Source: Octopus vulgaris (lineage: Eukaryota). Taken from it: a stretch of 64,000 nucleotides of DNA. Below, one piece after another: positions 26,493 through 39,225 of the stretch (position 1 is its first letter; every line of letters starts with the position of its first letter). Position numbers and translations under genes: made by a program. Under the pieces are notes generated by a model. That model saw nothing but the letters and a program-made list of their open reading frames with translations, had not been told where the DNA came from and searched no databases. The stretch covers positions 3,472,001-3,536,000 of the forward strand of contig OX597818.1 in NCBI GenBank assembly GCA_951406725.2, read 5' to 3'.

Positions 26493-26494
26493 TT

Positions 26495-27127
26495 ATTCAG
26501 TTAATGCTACCAGTTATGGTCACCACATAGTGCCGCACTAACGGCGGAGCTTGAAGCAGTCCAATGTGACTACATTAAAAAGATTGAAAACAGTGCAGCG
26601 GATGAACAATAGAGATTGGCTAAGAAACTATAGCTTTCTCCCTGGAGCGAAGGCGTGAGAGATATGCAATAATATACATATGGAAAATCCTAGAAGGGCT
26701 AGTACCTAACTTTGGCATTGAGCGTTATACAAATGCCAGAACTGGCTGACATTGTATTGTACCAAAGGTACCGTCCACTCGAACTAAATTCAGGACTAGG
26801 TATTGCAATAGTCTAGGGTTCAAAAGCCCACAGCTTTTCAATGTCCTGCCACAAAAATTAAGAAATTTGTATAAGGTGGAAGTACATGTCTTCAAAAAAG
26901 AACTAGACATCTTCCTCTCCACAATTCTGGATGAACTAACAGCTCGAAATGCGGTACAGACAAGGGCAACGGAATCAAACTCCATTATACACCAAATGTA
27001 CCAACAGCTGGGACAAAGGCACATACAGAAGTGGTGATGTGAAACACCCAGTCTGAGGAAGTCAGAAACACCATAGCAGTGCTCCAGCATGACTACGACT
27101 GTATGGCTGAAACGAGTACAAGAGTAG
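26495..27127 (+). mobile_element. CR1/L2-group LINE 3' fragment
   Basis: Translates ELEAVQ...SLERRRERYAIIYIWKILEGLVPNFGI...LFNVLP..LRNL. The 3' tail gtgctccagcatgactacgactgtatggctgaaac is followed by a microsatellite. Confidence 0.75.
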
Positions 27128-27138
27128 GAGAGATGTAT

Positions 27139-27230
<92 letters not shown>

Positions 27231-27250
27231 GTGTATAAATATAAATATAT

Positions 27251-27286
<36 letters not shown>

Positions 27287-27289
<3 letters not shown>

Positions 27290-28915
27290 TCATCATCATC
27301 ATCATCATCGTTTAATGTCCGTTCTCCATGCTAGCATGGGTTGGACGGTTCGACCGGGGATCTGGGAAGCCAGAAGGCTGCACCAGGCTCCGGTCTTATC
27401 TGGCAATGTTTCTACAGCTGGATGCCCTTCCTAACGCCAACCACTCCGTGAGTGTAGTGGGTGCTTTTTACGTGCCACCTGCATTGGTGCCAGGCGAGGC
27501 TGGCATCGGCCACGGTCGGATTGGTGCATTTTACGTGCCACCTGCACGGAAGCCAGTTGAGGTGGCAGTGGCTTCGGCCACGATTTGGATGGTGCTTTTT
27601 ACGTGCCACCGACACGGAAGCCAGTCGAGGCGGCGCTGGCATCGACCACGATTCGGATAGTGCTTTTTACGTATCTCCAGTCCAGGGGTCCTGGCATCTG
27701 CCGGGTGCCAGTCATAGGATTGGTTCAATTTCGATTCCGATTTCACTTGCCCCAACAGGTCTTCGCAAGCATAGGTGCCTGTCGTCGGATGAGGTTCAAT
27801 ATTGACTTCGCTTGCCTCAACAGGTCTTTGTGTGTCCAAGGGAGGAAAGGCATGCATAAGTGGGCTGGACTCACTTGTCCTGCCTGGTCTTTTCACGCAC
27901 AGTATATTTCCAAAGGTCTCGGTCGCTGGTCATTTCCTCAGTGAGACCTAAAGTTCAAAGGTCGTGCTTCACCACTTCATCCCAAGTTTTCCTGGGTCTA
28001 CCTCTTCCATGGGTTCCCTCCACTGCTAGGGATTGGCACTTTTTCACACACCTATCTTCATCCATTCTCGCCACATGACCATACCAGCGCAATCGTCTCT
28101 CTTGCACACCACAACTGATGTTCCTTAGGTCCAACATCTCTCTCAGGGTACTAACGCTCTGTCGAGCATGCACACTGACATTACACATCCATCGGAGCAT
28201 ACTGACTTCATTTCTCGTGAGCTTACGCATGTCCTCAGCAGTCACGGCCCATATTTCACTGCCATGTAGCATGGCTGTTCGTACACATGCATCATACAGT
28301 CTGCCTTTTACTCTGAGCGAGAGGCCTTTAGTCACCAGCAGAGGTAAGAGCTCCCTAAACTTTGCCCAGGCTATTCTTACTCTAGCCGTTACACTTTCAG
28401 CACACCCACCCCCACTACTGACTTGGTCACCAAGATAACGGAAGCTATCAACTACTTCTAGTTTTTCCCCCTGGAAAGTGACGGAAGTTGTTTTCTGCAG
28501 ATTTTCAGAGGTTAATGCTCCCGAGCATCTGCCGCATATAAAAACCATCTTCCTAGTTAGCCTTCCTTTGACATTGCTGCGCCTCTTATGTGTCCATAGC
28601 TTACACTTGGTGCATCTTATAGAGTTTCTACCTACACCTTTTCTACAGATCGAGCAGGGCCATCTACCTGAAGGCGTTTGTGATTTGTCTACCTTCCTAC
28701 TTATTACGACTTTGGTTTTAGCTAGATTGACTCTAAGGCCCTTCGATTCTAAACCTTGCTTCCACACCTGAAACTTCTCCTCCAGTTCTGATAGTGACTC
28801 AGCAATTAGAGCAAGGTCATCAGCATAGAGGAGCTCCCTGGGGCATCCTGTCTTGAATTCCTCTGTTATTGCCTGGAGGACTATGATAAATAGGAGGGGG
28901 CTGAGGACTGAGCCT
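27287..28915 (-). mobile_element. RTE-PHD LINE copy 3 (3' 1.6 kb, best preserved)
   Basis: ORF 27955-28929 has GSVLSPLLF, YADD, the PHD cluster, FRYLG, RRLRWYGHV and RGRPRKTW. The 3' UTR has repeated ggtggcacgtaaaa units and a (GAT)n tail. Confidence 0.93.
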
Positions 28916-28949
28916 ACACACACACACAATATTTTGTGTATGTATATAA

Positions 28950-29730
28950 ATGATGTGTATTAAACTATGGTTGCAGAACAAACAAATACAAGGTCATCCA
29001 TGTAATATTTCATATCTCGAACATTTAGTCACATAATGCTTTTTCTTTCACATAGAATTACTGCTATAATTCTTTCATTTGGGCTGGTCTAAGCATGATT
29101 TCTTAAATAAGAAACCACACAATATTGTGTTAGGTCTGGTTAAGGAGGTCTGTCTCTCTATTTTTTCCCCTGACGAAAGAGTTATCATTGTGATGCACCC
29201 TCGTGCATTAAATACAGTGATGTACCCCTGAAATGGCCATAGGGAATGTAAATATGGTTTCTTCTATTTTGCTTGGACAATGGCTTTTAACTATAGGTTT
29301 CCCTTATCTGAAAAGTAATTTTTAATGAAAAAAATTTCTAAACAATGAACTTTTATCTTACCTTATATATTATATATTACTTATTTATATGCTTCCTATA
29401 TATATGTATTTTTATATATTTTTTATATATCTATATATTTATATATTACTTTATATTTTTACGTATTTATTATTCTAGGTGTTGTAATGTTTTTGAAAAA
29501 ATATATTTCTTAATCGCTAAAGTATTAACTTTTAACCGTGATGAACTGTATTCACACATTTTTCTTGCATTTTCTTATATGCTTGTACTGATGAGTTATG
29601 TTTCATCTTCCGTGATGTTATACATGTATATTCTATGTGAAAGAAAAAGCATTATGTGATTAAATGTTCGAGATATGAAATGTTACGTGGATGACCTTGT
29701 ATTTGTTTGTTCTGCAACCATAGTTGAATA
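28950..29730 (+). mobile_element. ~780-bp non-coding element with ~100-bp inverted ends enclosing a hammerhead motif (29165-29246)
   Basis: 28958-29058 is the reverse complement of 29630-29730. The internal motif is ttccc CTGACGA [long stem II] GAAA tggcca TA gggaa. Confidence 0.75.
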
Positions 29731-29884
29731 TATTTGTCTCATTTAATTGAGCACTTCTATAGCAGTCCTATTAAACATTTTGTTCCTGATAAGAAACAAT
29801 CACTGTATTATTGATATAAATGATGTGTATGAATATAATTATATATTGTGTGCGTGTGTATGTATATATATATATATATATATA

Positions 29885-32800
29885 TATTTATAAGGTTTGG
29901 AGATGATGTACAGGTATTATATATTAGAAGAAATAAGGTACTCAGAAATCTGGATGGTTTTATATTTACAGATTTTTATTAATATGTCACACTCTAGTGA
30001 ATTCTTCAGATTGAAATTTTTGAGGAGATTCGTCTCTTTTTATAGTATTATTGAGTGTGTAGGGGTGGAGAGAGATACAGAATAGTAAAAGAGGGTGAGA
30101 AATGCGGAGAAAGTGAGAGGGAGTGTCTGTGTGTGTGTGTGTATGTGGGCGTTTGCCCTTGTATCTGAAAGAAGTGTTAATGGAAAAGAGAAGGAAAGGA
30201 AGAAGGAAGAGAGAAAGAAGAAAAAATGTGTTTACTTCTATACAGCTGGTCAGTTCTTTCAATAGAAAGTGATTCTTGGTCTTTTAAAAATGGTAAAACC
30301 AGGTGGCTACTCCAAGGCGAGGGGGGCCATCTTGTTTTGATAAAAGTTATTTTTCAAAATATTGTCCTGGATTTCTTTTCATCATTGTCCAGTGAGAGAG
30401 AGTGTGTGTGTGTGTGTGTATGTTTGCATATGTGTGTGTGGGTGCCTGTTTATCTGAAAGGAGTGTCAATGGAAGAGGGAAGGAAAGAAAGAAGGAAGAA
30501 GAAAAAATTGTGTTGACATCTATACCGCTGTTCAGTTCTTTCAATCGAATATTTGATTCCCGTGCTGGTATGGGTTGGAGAATCTGGATGTAAGATTGTT
30601 TGTTTACATATATGCACATATGTATTGTACTGTGTGCGTGCGTGCGTGGTGTGTGTGTGTGTGTGTGTGTGTTTAATACAATTTACTTTACAAAATTGGT
30701 CCTTCATCCAGTACAAATCAGTACAGAAATATTTTCAGCCATTTAGTTTGGGGGAGAACTTTGTTATGAAGTATTTTTCCATGTTTTTCCTGAAGAAGGT
30801 GTCATTCCTTGGGCATTTATAGAAGAGAAAGATCTTGCATTTTCCTTCTCCACATGTATCTAAGTGTTTACTCAGTGGAAGTTTTTGCAGTTCCTCCTGT
30901 AGGACATGTTGTCGGTGAATTCTGGCTTGTTGGCATAAAGAATTTCCAGTTTCACCTATATAATCCTCCTTGCGTGTGGGGTGTATGCAGTATATTACGT
31001 TCTGCGTCTTGCAATTCATGTCTGCATTTACTTTGAATGTGTGGCCACTCTTAAATTTTATTTGTTTGTTTCCTGCTATATATTTGTAGATCCCACATCT
31101 ACCATCTCCACACTCTTTTACAAAGAATTTGGCTTTAGTCTCTGATGAGAACTTCGCTCTTGTTAGTTGTTTCTTCAGGTTTTTCTTTTGGGGTTTACTG
31201 TTTTTTATGCAATATTTGTTTAATATGTTTCGCATTTTGGGGCTTTGTAGGACTATTGGTAAGTTTGAATGTATGATTTGAAACATGTTGGTAACTCCAG
31301 GGTTGTGTGTGTTTATGAAAGGGATGATGTTTTCTTTATTTTTCATTTTTGAAGTTCTGATATGTGTGATGTCCAGTTTCATTCTGTTTTCTATTAATTT
31401 GAGTGGGTATTTTTGTTCTAGTAGGAAATTTTAAAGTTCATTTAGTCTTATTTGGTGTGTTTGCGAGTCGGTTACTATGCTGCATATGTGTCTTGTCATA
31501 TTATATTGAATGTTTCTTTTTATGTGGGATGGGTGGCAGGAGTAGAAATCTAAATATTGGAGTGTGTCGGTTTTTTGTAGTAGATGTCTGTTGTGACAAT
31601 GGAGTTGTGTATCTTGATGTTGATATCTAGGAAGGGAAGTTTGTTGTGGCTGGTATCTATCATGAAGTTGATAGATGGATGCAGTGTGTTGAGGATGTTG
31701 TGAAATGTTCGTAGATCTTCTGATCTGTTCCAAAAGATGAAACTGTCATCGAGGTAGCATTTCCACTTTTTCTTGATGTCTTCTCTGAAGTCATGTTCAA
31801 AGATTTTCACTCTTTCAAGTATAGTTTGTTCTCAAGGAAACCCATCACCAGGTTGGCATATGAAGGTGCAGTTAAATGAGAATGTGTTTTCTTCAAGTAT
31901 TAGTTGGGTGGCTTTGATGATAAAGTTTGTTTTGAAACGTTTATCTACGAGTTCCCTGTATTTTTCTACTCATTGTTTTATTGCTTCCAGACCCAGGGTG
32001 TGTGGTATGTTCGTGTCTAAGTTTGTGACATCGAAGCTTGCAAGTATGGTGTTTTCCGGAGCCGTATTTGGAATGTGTGTGAGGAAGTCTATGTCATGCC
32101 TTATGTAGCTTGGTATCAGTGGGCATAAAGGTTTGAGGAGTACATCTGTGAAGTGGCTTAGTTGCTGTGTTGGTGCCTGGGGCCCTGCCACTATTAGTCT
32201 CATTGTGAGGTCTGCGGGCCTTTGTATTCTTATATAATGGTTCTTCTCTTCCCTTATGGCTCTCTGTATTTCAGAGCTTTTGTGAACTTTAGGTAATCCA
32301 TAAAAGTTGCTTTCTTTGGTTCTTGAGTTGCATAAATAGTCTTTCTCCTTGTCTGTAAAGGAGTCCTGGTATTCATTGACTAATGTTCCAATTTTTTTTT
32401 AATGTTTCTTTCTCCGGTGGTGTTGATTCCTCTTTATAGTATGTCTGGTTGTTAAGCATCTCCAGTATCTTTTCTTTGTAGAAATCTATATCCATAATTA
32501 CTATTGCCCTACCTTTGTCAGCTTCTTTTATAATGATCGACTTGACATTTTTTAGTTTTTGTAAGGCTTGTTTTTCTCCGCAGACGGAGGTTCTGTTTGC
32601 ATTTATGTGTATTGAGAGGGAATTTGGAGATTGTCTCTATGTATGCATCTAGGTGTTTGTCACTTCCCTTGTAAGGGGTGAAATGGGATTTTTTTCTTAT
32701 GATTGAATTATCTTCTGTTTCCTTATTTCAAAGAATTCCATAAGGCGGAGGTGGCGGCTAAAGTTATCTGTATCAGATTTTAGTTCTATGAGATTTGGAG

Positions 32801-33650
32801 TGGTGTGGGTGTAAATTTGAGGCCTTTTAGTAATAGGTTCATTTCATTTTTGCTAAGTTCTCTTTTAGATAGGTTTGTTATTTTGGGGTCTCTGTGTTTT
32901 GTGTGTTCTTTCGGAATTTTTGGTGTGTTGGGTCTGGAGTATGGTTGAAATATCCTTTCCCTAAAAAGGGGTTGTGTTGTTGCGTCTCCAAATTCGATTT
33001 TCAGGCCTTAGGTTTTCTTGTAGAGGTAGGAGTGGTCTATATGGTCTGTATGTGTTGTTTTGATACTGGAGGTTGTTTTCTATCCATCTTGAAAATTTGT
33101 GGGGTCACATGAGGTTGATGTTTGTATGGTTTGGATTTCCTTGACGTCTATTGTTCCATGTGTGTATCCATTTTAGGATGTCTAGTGTTATGTGTTGGTG
33201 GTTGTTCATATTCTGTTTGTTCTCTCCAAGTGCTATGGGTTGTTGGTTGTATGTATCGTGGTTGTCTTTTCTGTGAGTTTGTCTTTGTAGGGTTTTGGGT
33301 CGATGGTCGTATTTCATATTTTGTGTGTCTGTTTTTTAGGTGGGGTTGGCAGTGTACGGGGCGGGTTTTTGGTTTGTGTTTGGTAGGGTTTATTTGGATG
33401 TCTGGGAGTCCAATATGTTTGTGATCTTGGTTTGTTGTATCTTTTCGTTTGTTTTTGGTGGTTTTGTTTTTATAGTTGATTTTCCCCATAGTTCTTTTCG
33501 TAGTTTAGGAATCACTCCTGTTGCTGGTCCACATAATTCTGGATATGTATGCTCTGGATATATAGATGTATATATATGTGTGTGTGTATATCCTGTTTCA
33601 TGTATATATTTATATTTTGGTTTGTATTTGGTAGGGTTTATTTGGATGTC
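29885..33650 (-). mobile_element. Penelope-like element (different family), decayed
   Basis: ADKGRAIV, FYGLPKVHK, RLIVAGP, ASFDVTNLDTNIPH, YLDD, PFLDI, and GIY-YIG (NCKTQNVIYCI...YIGETGNSL) in ORFs 30735-32203. The 3' segment is duplicated (30115-30262 / 30400-30545). Confidence 0.9.
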
Positions 33651-33655
33651 TTTAT

Positions 33656-33776
33656 AATCTCCGACGAGGTTTATGGTTATATTTAAGTAGCCCATTTTTA
33701 ATTGCCTACAACCTCAATATAACAATAGGCATTGAAAATTACCTCTTTCCATAGGCTGAAACAGCTGTAAGTGATT
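33656..33776 (+). ncRNA. Hammerhead motif, CCGACGA core, with an ~80-nt loop II
   Basis: aatct CCGACGA ggtttatgg...ccataggct GAAA cagctg TA agtgatt. Confidence 0.6.
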
Positions 33777-34149
33777 TTAATGATTTCAATAATTTATTTT
33801 AAGGTTTTTTAAATTGTATCTTATATGTATTGAATTTTAATGTATATATGTATGTTATTATGGTCCTCGTTTTGTTAAATAAATAAGTCAACATTTTAAT
33901 ATCCTAAAGCTGATAAACCAACTAAATTGATTCTCCATTTTCTTATTAGTAAAGTAAATTAATGGTAAAATATTTCTTTACCTTCACCCATTTAATACAA
34001 TATGTAAGTTAATTGCATTGCAATTAAAAACATTTGTGTATTAATAATTTGGGTATTATACCAACAGTATATCGGATAAGTATTATCCCTTAGTGGGTTG
34101 GATCCACAACCCCTAACTTACTTGGTGTTTTATATATATATATATATAT

Positions 34150-34368
34150 ATATATTGTGTGTGTGACCACGTGTGTATCGTAGGCAATTTTTTCCTCCAT
34201 CTTCCCTTCCTTGGATCTTTCCTTTTCCTATGTTTCTGATGAAGAGCTCTGCGCGAAACATTAAATCCTCCTTCTGTCTTTCCTTTCCTGATCGTCCAAT
34301 AACACTATACTTGTTCCACATCCTCGCGTTGTTGTTTTCTCTTTGTGTTTTCATGTTTGGATTAACTT

Positions 34369-34417
<49 letters not shown>

Positions 34418-34452
34418 ACATTGTATATATATATATATATGTGTGTGTGTGT

Positions 34453-34492
<40 letters not shown>

Positions 34493-37400
34493 GCATATTT
34501 CGTTTTGGGATTTGGTTTGCAAGATTCTTTATATGAGTTCGTGTGTTGAAGCATATTCTGTTGTGTCTGGAGAGAGACATTTTCTTTTTGTGCTTTATAA
34601 CGTAACACACTCTCCGGTAAAATTTCCACTTATTTCTTATTTTTATTTTCCTAAAATATTCATTGCGATCTGCAACCTTTTCAATAGTCTTGACTCTGTC
34701 TCTTATTTACATTGCGTTCCTTTTAGTTTGTTTGTGCATATTTGTGTGGGTCAGTGTGTGTGTGTGTGCCTATGTACGCATGCATGTACGTATGTATGTG
34801 TGTATGTATGTAAGCATGTGTATGTATGTATATATGTGTGTGTGTGTGCATCTGTATGTATGTATCCTGTATATTCATGTGCTTGCATGTTCGTGTTTGT
34901 GTATTTTCTATGTACATGTGTGAGCATGTGTTTGTATATGTATGCACCTCTGTCTCATTGTGTGTGCATGTCTGTGTGTGTGTGTGTTATGCAACTATGT
35001 ACCATGTTTGTATGTATGGATGGATGTGCATCTCTATATGTGTGGATCCATGTCTCCATATGTCTCCTTGTGTGGAGTAAAGTGTGTGTGTATATATGGT
35101 CATGTGTGTCAGTTTCCATTTGCGTATGTGTGCTTGTCTGTTCTTATAACCTATGTATCTATCCGTCTGTATGTTGATCTGTTTAGACTCTGACATATCT
35201 TAGACCGATACAACAAATCCACTAAAAACATAGTGATGAGGGGACCCACCAAATCAGCTCATCTGTTGACAAAAGCCTACAAAAACTAAAACAGCGGATT
35301 AGGAACAGAGAATTAGTCTGGCAGACTATCAATAGATAGCCCACAGAACTATGTCCAGACAATGCAACAACACATCAGTAACATGAGAGAATTTACACCG
35401 CAAGAACATGAAAGAGTGGCAAAACTCCTCAATGCACACACATGGGAATGTGGTGCAGCATACTCCAACCTATAAAAAGGACGGTACACAATTTCCAAGC
35501 ATCCAACAATGATGTTCCTACACTATATGGGTTACGCAAAGACCACAAACCCTACATAAACCCTGTCACGCCCCCCCCCCCAACCAGACCAGTTTGTGGA
35601 GTGAACATCTGTCCTACTTCCTCTCATAGGTATTGCGACCTCTCATAGAGATGTCTCCGGATGTCTGTGTGAGTACGGAAGATCTCCTCAGTAAAATCAG
35701 TACTTGCAACCACTCCAACGACCTCACAGGTTGGGTCCCCTCATCACTATGTTTTTTAGTGGATTTGTTGTATCGGTCTAAGATATGTCGGAGTCTCAAC
35801 AGATCAACATACAGACGAATAGATACATAGGTTATAAGAACAGACAAGCACACATACGCAAATGGAAACTGACACACACTTTACTCCACACAAGGACACA
35901 TATGGAGACACAGATCCACACATATATGGATGTAATTTCACTCTACCCATCTATAGACATAGATTTTGCTGTGGAGAAATGCATTCAAGTAATCTGTGAA
36001 AATGAAGTGGAATTCCGTAAGGTCAACACTAGAGAACTGGGCCTCCTCCTCAGACTATGCTATGACAGTAACTATTTAGATGACCATGACCTTAGTAGAC
36101 TCTGCCTCACCAAGTCACAGAGGGGAAGACCACCAACCATCACTTCAGCATTGAAGAAAAGCACCACAGAACGCTGGAGTGGCTGAACCGCACCCACCCA
36201 AAACCCTGATAACAACAATCAGGTGAAAGAAATGATTGCATATGCAATAGAGGCCAGTATAAAAACCACCTTGAAGAACCACGTAGTAAAGTTTAACAAA
36301 AAAACTATACATGCAGGTTCAAGGTGCAGCCATCGGTGTAGATATAGCTGGAGATGTGGCTGGCCTCTTCATGACATGGTGGGACAGACAACTTAAACAA
36401 ATGTTAGCAGAACAGTCCACAACTCTTCTACTCTACAGTAGATATGTAGATGACATTAATATCATAGTAAGGACCAACTCTAGTGACAGTAATATAGAAA
36501 CTGAGAAGAATGTAATGGAGAGCATCCAGCAAATAGCTTAACTCCATCCACCACAGTATCAAGGTAACTATAGATTACCCCAACAAGCACCCCAATAACA
36601 GACTCCCTGTACTTGATACTGATCTGTGAACAATAGAATGCAGCTCCTCCACTCCTATTACATGAAGCGCATAACTTCAAAATATGTTGTTCACAAGAAC
36701 TCAGCTTTGTCACACAACATGAAAATTAACATACTGATAGCAGACTTAATTAGAATAATGAACAATGTGTCCCCACAATGCGAACCCTATGAAATGAAAA
36801 CACATATACAGAACTTCATGCACCGCATGCGGTTCTCTGGATATGATCAGAAAGATAGGATTCAAGTATACAAGGGGGCTAGAAAGAAATTAGACGATAT
36901 TATACGTAATATCAGTGGTAACTGCCCTAGATATAGAAACAAAGAATGGAATAGGATACAAAGAACTTGTGACAAAGCAAACAGGGTGAACACGTGATGT
37001 AAAACCGACAAATATCAAGGAGTGATGTTTGTAGAGGCCACAGCCCATGGAGAACTAGCCTGTAGATTTAGAGAAGCTCTGAAGGAGACCAAACTCAACA
37101 TTAAGATTGTTGAAAAACCAGGGAACTCCGTCAGATCACAACTATGTAGGACGTACCCCTTTGAGAATACCATATGCACCAATGATAACTGCATGGTATG
37201 TAGGATTAGCCCTGGCATTAACTGTAGAACTCAAAATGTAGTTTACAGCATAAGATGCATAGAAGGTGCTTGTAAAGAAATGAACATGACGTACATAGGG
37301 GAGACATCTAGGAGCATTGCGGAATGAATAAATGAACATCTGAGACAATATGACGACAAAAAACAGTCCTCCATACTCTACCAACATGCCAAAGACCACC

Positions 37401-37965
37401 ATGGAGGCAACTTGGGTCAAATTGACATCCGCATCTTATCCAAGCACCCAAAAGACCCAACATTCAGACAAATACGAGAGTACGTCCTTATAAATGAAAC
37501 CTCCCTAATACTAAATAGGAAATATACATAATAGATATAATACCTCCATACCCACAGTTTACACAGGTAGAGTAGAATAGTTAGTGGACTGTTATGTAGA
37601 TTTATGTAGATAGATGTATATATGTGTGTGTGGGGGGTGAGTGTGTGTATGTACATGCTTTTTTTGTATGTAAGCATATGGATATGAAAATAAACAGATC
37701 AACATACAGACGGATAGGTACATAGGTTATAAGAACAGACAAGCACACATACGCAAATGGAGACTGACACACATGACCATATATGAACAAGCAAGAAAAA
37801 ACAACAACACGAGGACGTGGAATAAGTACAGTGTTATTGGGCGCTCAGGAAAGGAAAGAAAAGAAAGAGGATTTCACGTTTCGAGCAGAGCTCTTCGTCA
37901 GAAATATAGAAAAAGTTCAAAGAAGGGAAGACGGAGAAAGAAAATTGCCAACGATACACACACAG
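34150..37965 (+). mobile_element. Penelope-like element (third family) bounded by inverted HHR-containing repeats
   Basis: LYGLRKDHK, MDVISLYPSID, QGAAIGVDIAGDVAGLFMTWWD, YSRYVDD, PVLD, and GIY-YIG (CRTQNVVYSIRC...YIGETSRS). 34170-34360 and 37785-37960 are inverted copies. Confidence 0.85.
34232..34266 (+). ncRNA. Minimal hammerhead motif (inverted partner at 37871-37905, minus strand)
   Basis: gttt CTGATGA agagc-tct-gcgc GAAA cattaaat. The partner reads attt CTGACGA agagc-tct-gctc GAAA cgtgaaat. Both are slightly mutated. Confidence 0.65.
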
Positions 37966-38269
37966 TCAGATATTGAAATGGCCAGACGGGAATGGGTGAA
38001 GAAAAAGTTATTTCAAAGACAGGAGAGTGCAAGAGAATGAGGTGTGTATGTGTGGGTATGTGCGTGCGCACAGGTCTCTGTGTGTGTGTGTGTGTGGCTG
38101 TTTATCTATGTGTGTGGTTGGGCTTAGTATCGTTTAAGGTCATAGGAAGAATTTATAGTAAGAATTTTGGTAGGAGTGGCTACCTGTTGTGTGTCTACCT
38201 ACACATGTGCATAGAGGAATGGTCAGTAGAAGGTACTGATAGTTTGAAGTATGTGTGTGTGTTTTGTTT

Positions 38270-39225
38270 GCAGTGTGTGTATGTGTGTGTGGACTAACTG
38301 TACTTCACTCTGTGTATGTGTGCGTGTGTGTGTGTACACGTATGTATAATTGTGTGCGTGTATGAGTGTGTGCTGTGTGTGTATGGGAGGTATATGTAGG
38401 TTCGTGTGCATGTGTGTGCATATGTATATGTGTGCGTGTGTTGGTGGATATGGGTGTGTATTTTGTGTGTGCATGTGCATGTGTGTGAACGAAGGGTTGT
38501 GTAGGGGGTATAGGTGAGTTTTTGCGCGTGTATGCATGTGCGTGTGCGTTTACATGTGTATATGTGCGAATGTGGGTGTATATACTTGTATGCGTGGGGT
38601 TGTCAGTGTTGTGTGTGTATTCGTGTACATGTGTGCATGCGCGTGTGTGCGTGTGTGTGTATGTGTCTATATGTGTATGCGTATGTGTATGTGCGTGTAT
38701 GCATATATTGTGTGTATATGTATGTGTGTATGTGAATTTGTGTATGCGTGGGTTGTGTGGAGGGTTTGTGTAGGCATGTATGTGCGTGCGTGTGCTTACG
38801 TGCATGTGTTTGTGCCCATGTGTGTATAATTGTGTGCGTGTTTGTATGTGTATTGTGTTGGAGGTATATGTGCGAACATGTGCTAGTGTGTGTGTGTATG
38901 TACGTGTGTATGTGTGTGTGTGTGCATGAGTGTATGTGCGTGCGTGTGTATGTGTGTGAACGTGGAGATGTGTGCATTATGTTGCGTGTATGCGCATGTG
39001 CTTGAGTATGTATATGTGGTTGTGTGGGTTAGGTATCTGTGCATTCCTGTGCATGTGTGTGCGTTTGTGTGTACGCGCATGTGTGTGCACGTGGGTGTAT
39101 GTGGATGTGTGTATATGTATGGAAGTAAGTGTGTGTATATGTGCATGTGTGTTGTATGTGTGTGGGAGATATATGTGTGCACGGGTGCGTGTGTATATGT
39201 ACATGTGTGTATGTGTGCGTGTGAA
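38270..39225. repeat. Long degenerate alternating purine-pyrimidine (TG/TA/CG) tract
   Basis: Direct reading. All ORF translations here are C/V/Y/M/H/T low-complexity artefacts. Confidence 0.9.

Noticed and set aside
27455-27700. CRISPR-like repeat-spacer array
   Set aside because: The repeats are degenerate, the spacers are related to each other, the array lies in a LINE 3' UTR of a eukaryote, and there are no cas genes.
36180-37330. In-frame TGA codons in the Penelope ORF as selenocysteine
   Set aside because: They fall at positions expected to be Trp or Arg (TGG/CGA to TGA), alongside frameshifts, which indicates ordinary decay.
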